From positions 148,216 through 212,215 of the forward strand of contig CAMYNW010000001.1 in NCBI GenBank assembly GCA_947259885.1: DNA of 64,000 bases, in the 5' to 3' direction. The notes under the pieces are model-generated. The model was not told the DNA's origin and ran no database searches. It saw only the letters and a program-made list of their open reading frames with translations. The translations under genes were made by a program, and so were the position numbers. This document shows, one piece after another, positions 48,094 to 57,257 of this stretch (its first letter is position 1; each line of letters begins with the position of its first letter). The DNA is from an uncultured Gammaproteobacteria bacterium (GTDB lineage: Bacteria > Pseudomonadota > Gammaproteobacteria > Arenicellales > Poriferihabitantaceae).

Positions 48094-49713
48094 TCAGGCC
48101 CAATCCTGTTTGACCATGTCAGCACATTTTTCCCCGATCATGATAGTCGGTGCATTGGTATTGCCTGATACGATATCTGGCATGATCGATGCATCGGCTA
48201 TTCGCAGTCCTTCGATTCCGTGGACTCGAAGACGAGTATCGACCACAGCCTGGGAATCGCTGGCCGGACCCATTTTGCAGGTGCAGGCGGGATGGTAGAT
48301 AGTAGTAGCGGTGTTACGCGCGTGCTCGAGCAATTGCTCGTCAGTCTGAATATGTTCGCCGGGATCATGCTCTCCGGTGATCAATGGCTTTAACGCCGGC
48401 ATACTGGCAATTCGACGTGAAGCTTTCATACCGTCTACCGCAACCTGGCAATCCAGATTGGTGCTGAGGTAATTTGGCTGAATGGATGGGTAATCATAGG
48501 GGTCCGCCGACTTGATTTTGACTTCCCCTTTGCTCGATGGGCGCAATTGGCAAACCGAAGAGGTGAACGCGGAAAAATCGTGCGTGCCTTCTCCCGGGCT
48601 GTCGGAACTAAGTGGCTGGTAGTGAAATTGGATATCGGGACGTGCCACATCATCCCGCGAGCGTGTAAAGATTGCCACCTGACTCGCCGCCATAGCCATC
48701 GGCCCAGTGCGAAACGCCATGTATTCAAGTCCAATCAGCATTTTTCGCAGTGGATTACTGATCTCATCATTCAATGTCGGTTGGCGACATTTGTATACCG
48801 CTCGAATTTGCAGGTGATCCTGAAGGTTCTTGCCGACCCCTGGCAAATCCACTACGCTGTCGAGGCCCAATTTCTGGCATAAGCCACCCGGTCCAATGCC
48901 AGATATCTGAAGAATTTGCGGTGAGCCAATTGCGCCAGCACTAATTAAAGTTTCCCGGGAAGACACCGCATGCTGAATCTGCCGTTTGTGAAGGTACTCC
49001 ACTCCGGTGACCCTGTTCCCTTCCAAAAGCAGTCTTGACACCTGCGTGGAGGTCATAATTTTCAAGTTTGTGCGCGATCGAGCAGGTTTCAAATAACCGG
49101 TGGCGGTGCTGCAACGCCAACCTTTGCGCGTAGTAAGCTGGAAGTATCCAACTCCTTCCTGAGTGGCACCGTTGATATCATCATTTGGTGGAATTCCAGA
49201 TTCAATGGCGGCCTGAATAAATGCATCCGTAATTTTTCTGCGCAGGCGAATGTTAGATACCGCTAAAGGCCCCCCCGAACCATGATAATCATCGGCGCCA
49301 CGCTCTTGATCTTCGGAACGTTTAAAGTAGGGAAGCACATCCTCAAAACTCCAACCGGGATTTCCTGCTGCGGCCCAAAGGTCGTAATCTTCAGGCTGGC
49401 CTCGCACATATAACAGGCCGTTAAGAGAGCTTGATCCTCCCAGAACCTTTCCGCGGGGCCACTTGAGTTGGCGGCCATTTAATCCGGGGTCAGGATCAGT
49501 GACATAACACCAGTCAACCGCCGGGTTGTGCATGGTCTTAAAATATCCGACCGGGATATGAATCCACGGATTCCAGTCTCTGGCACCCGCTTCCAATAAC
49601 AACACTCTGACCTCAGGATCTTCGCTCAGCCGGTTTGCAATAACACATCCTGCGGAACCCGCTCCGACAACGATATAGTCAAAGATTTCTTTGCTTTCTT
49701 TTGCTTCAATCAT
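48094..49713 (-). CDS. GMC-family FAD oxidoreductase (choline dehydrogenase-like)
   Basis: 539 aa with [20 protein letters not shown], the GMC signature [14 protein letters not shown], and C-terminal HPACTCKMG ... [11 protein letters not shown]. Confidence 0.92.
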   Translation of the reverse strand: MIEAKESKEIFDYIVVGAGSAGCVIANRLSEDPEVRVLLLEAGARDWNPWIHIPVGYFKTMHNPAVDWCYVTDPDPGLNGRQLKWPRGKVLGGSSSLNGLLYVRGQPEDYDLWAAAGNPGWSFEDVLPYFKRSEDQERGADDYHGSGGPLAVSNIRLRRKITDAFIQAAIESGIPPNDDINGATQEGVGYFQLTTRKGWRCSTATGYLKPARSRTNLKIMTSTQVSRLLLEGNRVTGVEYLHKRQIQHAVSSRETLISAGAIGSPQILQISGIGPGGLCQKLGLDSVVDLPGVGKNLQDHLQIRAVYKCRQPTLNDEISNPLRKMLIGLEYMAFRTGPMAMAASQVAIFTRSRDDVARPDIQFHYQPLSSDSPGEGTHDFSAFTSSVCQLRPSSKGEVKIKSADPYDYPSIQPNYLSTNLDCQVAVDGMKASRRIASMPALKPLITGEHDPGEHIQTDEQLLEHARNTATTIYHPACTCKMGPASDSQAVVDTRLRVHGIEGLRIADASIMPDIVSGNTNAPTIMIGEKCADMVKQDWA

Positions 49714-49999
49714 GCCGAGATCAATTCGGATTCAAATGGGAAGTGTTTAACCAAAACCAATGTGAGGGTGTGAGTTATTGGTTCGTGATGATATAGATCC
49801 AGATTTAAGAGGCAGCATTGTTAGCCTCAAGACAACTATTCGGGACGTGTTCGTTCAAAGACTGTAAGACTTAAATTAGGAGTGAAGCCCGGTAAAGTAC
49901 AGGAGAATCGGTACAATCTGAATTGCTTGATACTAAATCTAAACTAAAAAAGTGCCCTCAATTCAATTATATGTAGTTTAAGCTGAGAATATAACCCAT

Positions 50000-50320
50000 T
50001 TGAAAGTCTACCCCTTTGCTACCGGTCATGAATTATTGATGCGTAGCCTTGCGGATAATGGAAAGCAGAATGTGTCCGTCGATCGGGAACAATATATCGA
50101 GGGAATGATTGCTGAAGCTGTTCCATTTCGGGGTCGAAACGGAACGTTGTATTCCACGGTTTCGTTCCATGCCCCTGTGGTTCGAATGGAATTAACTACT
50201 GCATTGCAGTATGCGCCAAGATTACACCAGGCTGCAAAAGACCTGGGTCAGTTGATAGAGGAACAACTGCGACGAATAAAAGCGGGGCCTTCCAGACCCT
50301 ATCCCATCGAAGTGGTTTGA
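50000..50320 (+). pseudogene. C-terminal remnant of an IclR-family regulator (effector-binding domain only)
   Basis: The 106-aa ORF (YPFATGHELLMRSLA...AEAVPFRGRNGTLYSTVSFHAPVVRM...APRLHQAAKDLGQLI) matches only the last roughly 100 residues of about 250-aa IclR proteins. Upstream, about 49830-49999 shows faint IclR-like pieces in different frames interrupted by stops. No HTH-coding ORF exists. Confidence 0.6.
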
Positions 50321-50347
50321 GACTCAGGGGAAAGTTTCGGCGAATGC

Positions 50348-51058
50348 TTAATCGAGGTTAATCAGACTCTTAAGGCTCTTTTTACGCTTCTTTTCCTTGG
50401 CATCGAAATCTTCTAGACAGCTGCCTTGAAGAACCATCGCGCACTCGAGGTAGTCGACAATTTCAACCACCGCGGCGCGGATCGCTTTGCCCGCGGGGGT
50501 TTTTTTGTACTTACCTAAGTCTCCTGAGAAATTGCCTCGGGACAAACCGAGCTTGAAGCCGAAGCCGCCGGTTCGAGCTTCAACAGTTCTGTTGTAGGCG
50601 ATTTCCCCCGTGTTGGTGTCAACCACGCGCAGATCGAGTGCCATGTAGGCCTTATTGTTTTTGCCCCCGATCCTGACCCCTGAAATGGTAAATCCTCCAC
50701 CGGTACCTTCTGTGTTTTCTTCGTATGCTGTTACCGTGCCCAGAACAAGGTATTGCGCGCCAGTCAGTTCACCGATTTTGGATCGGGTACTCTTGGAAAT
50801 GCGCCCGGATGCTGATAAATCCTGCTCATCCAGAACAGTGTAGAGCTTATCTCGCTCGACTAGGTTAAAACTGCCATTATTCGCCAATTCATTAGTGACC
50901 ATACTGGCCAGATCCCTTCCAACCCCTCCAGACCACCAATATGCGCCAGAAGTATTGCTGAAATCCGCCACTCCAAGCCTGGGTTCGGAAGCCTGGGTTT
51001 GACTGGCGGTAAGACCGGTGAAAATCATGACCAGTAACATATTTTTCAGTATTTTCAT
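50348..51058 (-). CDS. CsgG/HfaB-family periplasmic/outer-membrane protein
   Basis: 236 aa with a signal peptide. The CsgG-like pattern is present: LGVADFSN, FNLVERDKLYTVLDEQDLSASGRIS, GAQYLVLGTVTAYE, DLRVVDTNTGEI. There are no csgE/F/A/B neighbours. Confidence 0.72.
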   Translation of the reverse strand: MKILKNMLLVMIFTGLTASQTQASEPRLGVADFSNTSGAYWWSGGVGRDLASMVTNELANNGSFNLVERDKLYTVLDEQDLSASGRISKSTRSKIGELTGAQYLVLGTVTAYEENTEGTGGGFTISGVRIGGKNNKAYMALDLRVVDTNTGEIAYNRTVEARTGGFGFKLGLSRGNFSGDLGKYKKTPAGKAIRAAVVEIVDYLECAMVLQGSCLEDFDAKEKKRKKSLKSLINLD

Positions 51059-51235
51059 CGAATAACCCTCGCTTTTAGAATGACAGTTTTATATCTTTAT
51101 ATCGGAGCAATTATAGTGGACAGTCCAGCTGTCGTCCTGTGAACTATTCACTTTTTGGCTGTGAACGTGTCGTTAAAGCGTATTGATATATCTTCTCCAA
51201 TACTTATATATTAGGGGTAGTATGACTAAATCACC

Positions 51236-51568
51236 ATGCAGACAGACCTAAGTATTAGCAAAGACGCTGTTGTACGAATTAACCAGCTTCTAGCTTCGAA
51301 GGAGAATCCGGAACTTGTGCTCAGGGTATATATCCAGGGTGGCGGTTGCTCGGGTTTCCAGTACGGTTTCCAGTTTGATGATGCCGCGCAGGAAGACGAC
51401 ATTTCTATCGAGCAATCTGGGATTAAGGTAGTGGTGGATATGCTTAGCCTGCAGTATCTGGGTGGAGCAGAGATCGACTTTAAGGACGACATCATGGGTA
51501 CTCGCTTTCTGGTCAATAATCCAAATGCTTCCGCCACCTGCGGGTGCGGCTCTTCGTTCTCTATTTAA
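51236..51568 (+). CDS. erpA: Iron-sulfur cluster insertion protein ErpA (A-type carrier)
   Basis: 110 aa with GGGCSGFQY and the C-terminal CGCGSSFSI. Confidence 0.9.
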   Translation: MQTDLSISKDAVVRINQLLASKENPELVLRVYIQGGGCSGFQYGFQFDDAAQEDDISIEQSGIKVVVDMLSLQYLGGAEIDFKDDIMGTRFLVNNPNASATCGCGSSFSI

Positions 51569-51756
51569 TCTCCTTAACTTCTCTCAAGCATCCTGAGCGG
51601 CAATCCTATTTCAGGCGCCCTTGGTCCGGTTGTGTTGTCGCGGATACCATTTTTGTACTTACTATTGTGAGTAAGGCAGATACTCATCAAATTGCCCTTA
51701 ATTTAAACACTGAATACAAGCGATAAAAAATTCCCACAAAAAAAGTGTTGGAAAAC

Positions 51757-51785
51757 CTTGTGCATCAGGAACCAAGACCCCACTT
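51757..51785 (+). promoter_or_regulatory. Putative sigma-32 (heat-shock) promoter of grpE
   Basis: CTTGTGC-N14-CCCCACTT compared with the E. coli sigma-32 consensus CTTGAAA-N13-15-CCCCATNT. It lies 34 nt upstream of the grpE ATG. Confidence 0.5.
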
Positions 51786-51818
51786 TCCCCGGCACACAAC
51801 AGTCAATAACCGCGGACA

Positions 51819-52517
51819 ATGACAACTAAGCAGATAGACCCTGAATTTGGTGAAAATCCAGAACATGCGAAGACCGTCGAAGACGAGACTGCATCTGACG
51901 ATACTGTGATCTCAAAAGAGGCGCGGGAGGTTGAGTCTACCCGCGGTAAAAACCAGGAAACAGAAAGTCAAGGACCTGAGAAGATGGATGAGGATGGCAA
52001 CTCTTCATTTGGTGCGGATGAGGACGACCTTGCTAGCCTGTCCCCGACCGAACTGGCTGATGCACTGAAGGTAGCCAGGAGCCAAATCAATGAGATGAAA
52101 GATAGCTTTTTAAGGGCCAAGGCTGAGATGGAGAACATCCGCCGCCGGTCGCAGAATGAGGTCGTTTCCGCGCGAAAATACGCGATTGAGGGGTTTGCTC
52201 AGGAGTTGCTGAATGTGTTTGACAGCCTGGATCAGGCGGCTCAAGTGGAATTGGCCGAGGGCGCAGTGGAAGCCGTCGTGAAAATGAAAGAAGGCTTGGG
52301 CCTGACGTTGAAACAGATGGAATCTGTTATGAATAAGTTTGCGGTCACTGAGGTGGAAGCCGGACCAGGAGTAAAGTTCGATCCTGAACAGCATCAGGCA
52401 ATCAGCATGGTTGTCTCGGATCAGGTGGAATCTAATCACATTATAAACGTGATGCAGAAAGGGTTTCTATTGAAGGATCGATTGCTCAGACCGGCAATGG
52501 TTGTGGTGGCGAGCTGA
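51819..52517 (+). CDS. grpE: Nucleotide exchange factor GrpE (with a long acidic N-terminal extension)
   Basis: 232 aa with a GrpE core (FLRAKAEMENIRRR ... KFDPEQHQAIS ... GFLLKDRLLRPAMVVV) and a position upstream of dnaK. Confidence 0.92.
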   Translation: MTTKQIDPEFGENPEHAKTVEDETASDDTVISKEAREVESTRGKNQETESQGPEKMDEDGNSSFGADEDDLASLSPTELADALKVARSQINEMKDSFLRAKAEMENIRRRSQNEVVSARKYAIEGFAQELLNVFDSLDQAAQVELAEGAVEAVVKMKEGLGLTLKQMESVMNKFAVTEVEAGPGVKFDPEQHQAISMVVSDQVESNHIINVMQKGFLLKDRLLRPAMVVVAS

Positions 52518-52568
52518 GGCAGTTGGCGAATTTAAAAAACAGCAGTGCATAATTTCGGGTTAATTAAC

Positions 52569-52597
52569 CTTGTATTAACAAGGGTTAATCCACATAT
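52569..52597 (+). promoter_or_regulatory. Putative sigma-32 promoter of dnaK
   Basis: CTTGTAT-N14-CCACATAT lies about 50 nt upstream of the dnaK ATG, with the same spacing as the grpE candidate. It overlaps an imperfect inverted repeat (TTAACCTTGT/ACAAGGGTTAA). Confidence 0.45.
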
Positions 52598-52647
52598 TTG
52601 TTTGCAGTTAAGACAATTTATACAGAATCTGAAGAGGATTATAGATA

Positions 52648-54588
52648 ATGGCTAAAATCATAGGTATTGATTTGGGTACGACCAATTCATGTGTGGCGGT
52701 AATGGAGGGCGATCAGCCCAAAGTTATCGAGAATAGTGAAGGGGATCGTACGACACCTTCAATCGTCGCCTTTACCAAGGATGACGAGGTGCTGGTTGGG
52801 CAATCGGCAAAGCGGCAATCCGTAACCAATCCTGAAAATACGGTTTTCGCTGTCAAGCGACTGATCGGCCGGAAGTTCGATGAAGAGGTGGTGCAGCGTG
52901 ATATCGATATCATGCCTTATAAAATAGTCAAAGCAAAAAACGGTGACGCCTGGGTTGAAGCGGGTGGGAAACAGATGGCGGCTCCGGAGATTTCGGCACG
53001 AATTCTGCAAAAAATGAAACAGACCGCGGAAGACTATCTTGGAGAGAAGATAAAAGAAGCGGTTATTACCGTACCTGCTTATTTTAACGACTCCCAACGT
53101 CAAGCCACTAAGGACGCTGGGAAGATCGCTGGCCTTGATGTAAAGCGAATCATCAATGAGCCTACGGCAGCCGCACTTGCGTACGGCATGGACAAGGCCA
53201 AAGGCGATCGCAAGATTGTTGTATACGACCTGGGCGGTGGCACTTTCGATGTATCGGTAATTGAAATTGCTGAAATAGAGGGTGAGCATCAGTTCGAAGT
53301 TTTGTCTACTAATGGCGATACCTTTCTCGGAGGTGAGGATTTTGATAGACGCTTGATCGATTACCTGGCAGACGGATTTAAAAAAGATCAGGGTATGGAC
53401 CTGAGAGGCGATCCGCTCGCCATGCAGCGTTTAAAAGAGGGTGCCGAGAAAGCCAAAATTGAACTTTCTTCCAGCACCCAAACCGAAGTCAACCTGCCCT
53501 ATATCACAGCGGATGCAAGTGGGCCAAAACACCTTAACCTGAAGTTAAGCCGTGCCAAACTTGAATCCCTGGTAGATGAGTTGCTGCAAAGTACGCTCGA
53601 GCCTTGCAAGATCGCTCTTAAGGATGCGGGGCTCTCGGCATCGGAAATAGACGATGTAATCATGGTAGGTGGTCAGACACGAATGCCCAAGGTGCAGGAA
53701 GTAGTGAAAAACTTTTTTGGCAAGGAGCCGCGAAAGGATGTCAATCCAGATGAGGCAGTGGCGATGGGCGCCGCCATTCAAGGCGGTGTACTGGGTGGCG
53801 ATGTGACTGACGTGCTGTTGCTTGACGTGACACCTCTATCACTCGGTATCGAGACCTATGGTGAGGTCATGACCAAGCTGATTGAAAAGAACACCACGAT
53901 TCCAACCAAAGCAACGCAGGTTTTTTCAACTGCAGCAGATAATCAGAATGCGGTAACGGTACATGTGCTTCAGGGTGAGCGTGAGATGGCTGGTGGTAAC
54001 AAGTCGCTGGGTCGCTTCGATTTGACAGAAATTCCTCCTGCACCTCGTGGCGTACCGCAAATCGAAGTCACTCTTGATATTGACGCCAACGGCATCCTTA
54101 ACGTATCTGCTAAAGACAAAGCTACGGGTAAGGAAAATAAGATTGTGATCAAGTCCAGTTCGGGCTTGTCTGATGATGAAGTTGAAAGAATGGTCAGGGA
54201 CGCCGAGGAGCATGCTGACGAGGATCGCAAGGCCCGTGAGCTTGTCGATGCCCGTAACCAGGGAGAAGCCATGATCCATGGTGTCCAAAAATCCATGGAG
54301 GAACTGGGAGACAAGCTTGATCCGGGAGAGAAGTCGAATATTGAGTCAGCGATTTCCGAACTTGAAGAAGCGCTCAAGGGAGAAGACAAAGAGGCGATCA
54401 CCAGTAAGACAGAGACGTTGACCCAGGCTAGTCATAAAATGGCCGAGCAACTGTATTCCCAGGGAGCAGACGATGCAGGGGCCGCGGACGCAGGCGAAGA
54501 ATCGTCTGGCACAGGGCAAACCCATGGTTCGGACGATGTTGTTGATGCAGAGTTTGAAGAAGTTGACGATAGCGACAAAAAATCGTGA
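52648..54588 (+). CDS. dnaK: Molecular chaperone DnaK (Hsp70)
   Basis: 646 aa of canonical Hsp70 sequence ([24 protein letters not shown], and others). Confidence 0.99.
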   Translation: MAKIIGIDLGTTNSCVAVMEGDQPKVIENSEGDRTTPSIVAFTKDDEVLVGQSAKRQSVTNPENTVFAVKRLIGRKFDEEVVQRDIDIMPYKIVKAKNGDAWVEAGGKQMAAPEISARILQKMKQTAEDYLGEKIKEAVITVPAYFNDSQRQATKDAGKIAGLDVKRIINEPTAAALAYGMDKAKGDRKIVVYDLGGGTFDVSVIEIAEIEGEHQFEVLSTNGDTFLGGEDFDRRLIDYLADGFKKDQGMDLRGDPLAMQRLKEGAEKAKIELSSSTQTEVNLPYITADASGPKHLNLKLSRAKLESLVDELLQSTLEPCKIALKDAGLSASEIDDVIMVGGQTRMPKVQEVVKNFFGKEPRKDVNPDEAVAMGAAIQGGVLGGDVTDVLLLDVTPLSLGIETYGEVMTKLIEKNTTIPTKATQVFSTAADNQNAVTVHVLQGEREMAGGNKSLGRFDLTEIPPAPRGVPQIEVTLDIDANGILNVSAKDKATGKENKIVIKSSSGLSDDEVERMVRDAEEHADEDRKARELVDARNQGEAMIHGVQKSMEELGDKLDPGEKSNIESAISELEEALKGEDKEAITSKTETLTQASHKMAEQLYSQGADDAGAADAGEESSGTGQTHGSDDVVDAEFEEVDDSDKKS

Positions 54589-54626
54589 TTTAATTTTAGT
54601 CTGATCAAAGATTAGGTAGGTTTGTT

Positions 54627-54653
54627 AAGGCGGGATCAGGTTGGTCCCGCCTT
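54627..54653 (+). terminator. Hairpin between dnaK and dnaJ (attenuator-like)
   Basis: AAGGCGGGA-(9-nt loop)-TCCCGCCTT lies 39 nt after the dnaK stop. The following U-tract is poor (CGTGCGTTT), so it is probably a partial terminator or a stabilising element. Confidence 0.5.
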
Positions 54654-54670
54654 CGTGCGTTTAAGATAAT

Positions 54671-55798
54671 ATGTCAAAAAGAGATTATTACGAGGTCCTT
54701 GGGATTGATCGCAGTGCCGGCGCTGATGATCTGAAAAAAGCCTATAGACGGCTGGCAATGAAGTACCACCCCGATCGAAATCAGGGGGACGACAGTGCCG
54801 AAGTTAAATTCAAGGAAGCCAAGGAAGCCTATGACGTATTGTCAGACCCGCAGAAAAAAGCAGCCTATGACCAGTTTGGCCACGCAGGTGTGGATCAATC
54901 AGCCGGCATGGGCGGTGGCGGGTTCAGTGGTGGCGTAGGCGATATTTTTGGCGATATTTTTGGAGACATTTTTGGCGGCGGAGGCGGTGGTAACCGACGG
55001 CAAAGTCGCGGTGCAGATTTACGCTATAACCTTGAGCTGAGCCTCGAAGAGGCGGTTCAAGGAGTGGACAAGAAGATCCGTGTACCGCGGATGTCAGATT
55101 GCGCCACCTGCAAAGGCAGTGGCGCACGGCCCGGATCCGAACCCAAGACTTGCGGAACCTGCAGCGGGCAAGGACAGGTGCGAATGCAGCAAGGGTTTTT
55201 CTCGGTGCAACAAACCTGTCCACAATGCCGCGGTCGAGGTACTGTAATCTCTGATCCATGTTCATCCTGCAATGGACAAGGCATGGTTAGAGACGAAAAG
55301 ACACTCTCAGTAAAAATTCCTGCCGGAGTAGATGAAGGTGATCAGGTTCGACTCAGCGGGGAAGGCGAAAGCGGTGGCCCTGGGACTCGTGCTGGAGATC
55401 TCTATGTGCAAGTAAGGATCAAACAGCACGATTTATTTGAACGGGATGGAGACAACCTGTACTGTGAAGTGCCGGTAAGTTTCAGCACCATGACCCTGGG
55501 TGGCAGTATCGAAGTACCTACATTATCGGGCAGAGCATCTATTAAAATTCCACCGGAAACCCAATCTGAAAAAGTCTTCCGCCTGCGCGGCAAAGGCGTA
55601 CGCAATGTGCGAAATGGTAACCTTGGCGATCTTTACAGTAAGGTGGTGGTGGAAACACCTGTTAACCTCACACGAAGACAAAAGGAGTTGATCAAGGAGT
55701 TCGACGACACGCTTACAGAGGGTGGAGATCGGCATTCGCCACGCAGAGGTTCATGGACATCAAAAATAAAGGCGTTCTTTGATGATCTTGTAACCTGA
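54671..55798 (+). CDS. dnaJ: Co-chaperone DnaJ
   Basis: 375 aa with a J domain (HPD in YHPDRN), a G/F-rich region, and four CxxCxGxG zinc-finger repeats. Confidence 0.98.
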   Translation: MSKRDYYEVLGIDRSAGADDLKKAYRRLAMKYHPDRNQGDDSAEVKFKEAKEAYDVLSDPQKKAAYDQFGHAGVDQSAGMGGGGFSGGVGDIFGDIFGDIFGGGGGGNRRQSRGADLRYNLELSLEEAVQGVDKKIRVPRMSDCATCKGSGARPGSEPKTCGTCSGQGQVRMQQGFFSVQQTCPQCRGRGTVISDPCSSCNGQGMVRDEKTLSVKIPAGVDEGDQVRLSGEGESGGPGTRAGDLYVQVRIKQHDLFERDGDNLYCEVPVSFSTMTLGGSIEVPTLSGRASIKIPPETQSEKVFRLRGKGVRNVRNGNLGDLYSKVVVETPVNLTRRQKELIKEFDDTLTEGGDRHSPRRGSWTSKIKAFFDDLVT

Positions 55799-55851
55799 TG
55801 TTTATCCCCAGGCTCGTTATAATCAGCCACTTTTAAAATCAGGGCAAACGA

Positions 55852-56388
55852 GTGGACGTCGAAAAAACCAGTTTACCTGGTGTAGTGGTAATAAACCCAA
55901 CAGTCCATGGAGACCAAAGGGGCTTTTTTATGGAAACATTTCATCAGGCAGATTTTGCTCAGGCAGGGCTTCCAGATCACTTCGTTCAGGACAACCATTC
56001 GCGATCTGCGAAAGGGGTTCTGCGAGGCTTGCACTTCCAATATCCCCAATGGCAAGGAAAGCTGGTGCGCGCCATCCTGGGGGAGGTATTTGACGTCGCG
56101 GTGGACGTTCGAATTGACTCTCCCAGTTTCGGCGAATGGTTTGGTGTAAATCTCAGTGCGGAAAACAAAAAGCAAATGTATGTACCTCCGGGCTATGCGC
56201 ATGGTTTTTGCGTACTTAGCGATATGGCCGAAGTCGTTTACAAGTGCACAACACTTTATAAACCCAAAGATGAAATCGGGATTCGCTGGGACGATCCTGA
56301 AATTGGCATAGAGTGGCCGATTAAAAATCCTGTAGTGTCCGAGAAGGATCGTCATGCCGGCCTATTGTCGGAGCTTAATGTTCGATGA
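55852..56388 (+). CDS. rfbC: dTDP-4-dehydrorhamnose 3,5-epimerase
   Basis: 178 aa, GTG start, with RmlC motifs (HGDQRGFFMETF, RGLHFQ, YVPPGYAHGF). Confidence 0.92.
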   Translation: MDVEKTSLPGVVVINPTVHGDQRGFFMETFHQADFAQAGLPDHFVQDNHSRSAKGVLRGLHFQYPQWQGKLVRAILGEVFDVAVDVRIDSPSFGEWFGVNLSAENKKQMYVPPGYAHGFCVLSDMAEVVYKCTTLYKPKDEIGIRWDDPEIGIEWPIKNPVVSEKDRHAGLLSELNVR

Positions 56389-57257
56389 GTAATTCTCACA
56401 AAGTGCTGCTTTTCGGCAAACACGGCCAGGTCGGCGGTCAGCTGGTAAATCAGTTGGCGCAACGAGCGGAATACGCAGTAGTTGCTACCGATATCGAGGA
56501 TGTTGATCTCACCGACGATTCGGCAACCCGAACACTGGTACTTGAGCAGCGGCCTGATTGGGTCATCAATACTTCGGCACATACTGCCGTCGACCGTGCT
56601 GAAACTGAACAAGAGCTTGCAAATCAAATAAATGCAGTCGCTCCAGGAGTAATTGCGGAAGCCTGTGCGGAAATTGGTGCCGCCATGATTCATTACTCGA
56701 CAGATTATGTTTTTGATGGCAGTGCGTCGTTGCCCTATGTAGAGACGGACGAACCAAATCCCCAAAGCGTCTACGGCATAACTAAGTTGAAGGGGGAGCG
56801 CGCGGTACTGTCTGCGCTTGATCGTTCGCTAATATTCAGAACCGCATGGGTCTATTCAAAAGAAGGTAAGAACTTTGTCAATACGATGCTTCGACTGGCT
56901 GCCGAACAGGGTGAAATAAAGGTTGTCTGTGATCAGTATGGCAGTCCCACCTTGGCTGACGATCTTGCTGCAATGACAATCAGTGCGTTGGGCCGAGTCG
57001 TTGTTGATCCAGATTTTTCTGCATATGGGATCTATCATGCTACCGGACAGGGAGTTGTGAGCTGGGCTGGGTTTAGCGAAGAGATCATGCGGTTATCCGG
57101 ACACAGCGAAGTAAAGGTCCATCCAATACCTTCTTCAGATTATCCCACCCCAGCGCCCAGACCCGCTTACTCTGTACTTTCAAACCAAAAACTGAAACAG
57201 CAGTTCGGACTCGAGTTGTCGCTCTGGCAAGATGCTCTTGGCCGCTGTCTTGGGTAA
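56385..57257 (+). CDS. rfbD: dTDP-4-dehydrorhamnose reductase
   Basis: 290 aa with an RmlD pattern (GKHGQVG, INTSAHTAVDRAE, STDYVFDG, YGITKLKGE). An ATGA overlap joins it to rfbC. Confidence 0.92.
   Translation: MSNSHKVLLFGKHGQVGGQLVNQLAQRAEYAVVATDIEDVDLTDDSATRTLVLEQRPDWVINTSAHTAVDRAETEQELANQINAVAPGVIAEACAEIGAAMIHYSTDYVFDGSASLPYVETDEPNPQSVYGITKLKGERAVLSALDRSLIFRTAWVYSKEGKNFVNTMLRLAAEQGEIKVVCDQYGSPTLADDLAAMTISALGRVVVDPDFSAYGIYHATGQGVVSWAGFSEEIMRLSGHSEVKVHPIPSSDYPTPAPRPAYSVLSNQKLKQQFGLELSLWQDALGRCLG

Noticed and set aside
51819-52060. Unusually long acidic N-terminal extension of GrpE (about 80 residues)
   Set aside because: Variable acidic N-termini are common in GrpE proteins. It could also reflect an upstream start choice and was not considered significant.
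52759-53289. 176-aa ORF antisense to dnaK, plus further antisense ORFs at 53926-54401
   Set aside because: Long antisense ORFs are a known compositional by-product of hsp70/dnaK genes. The sense-strand call is unambiguous and the antisense peptides have no recognisable features.
55873-56355. 160-aa ORF covering almost all of rfbC on the opposite strand
   Set aside because: The plus-strand product has clear RmlC motifs and is translationally coupled to rfbD. The antisense peptide is feature-less, so it was treated as a shadow ORF.
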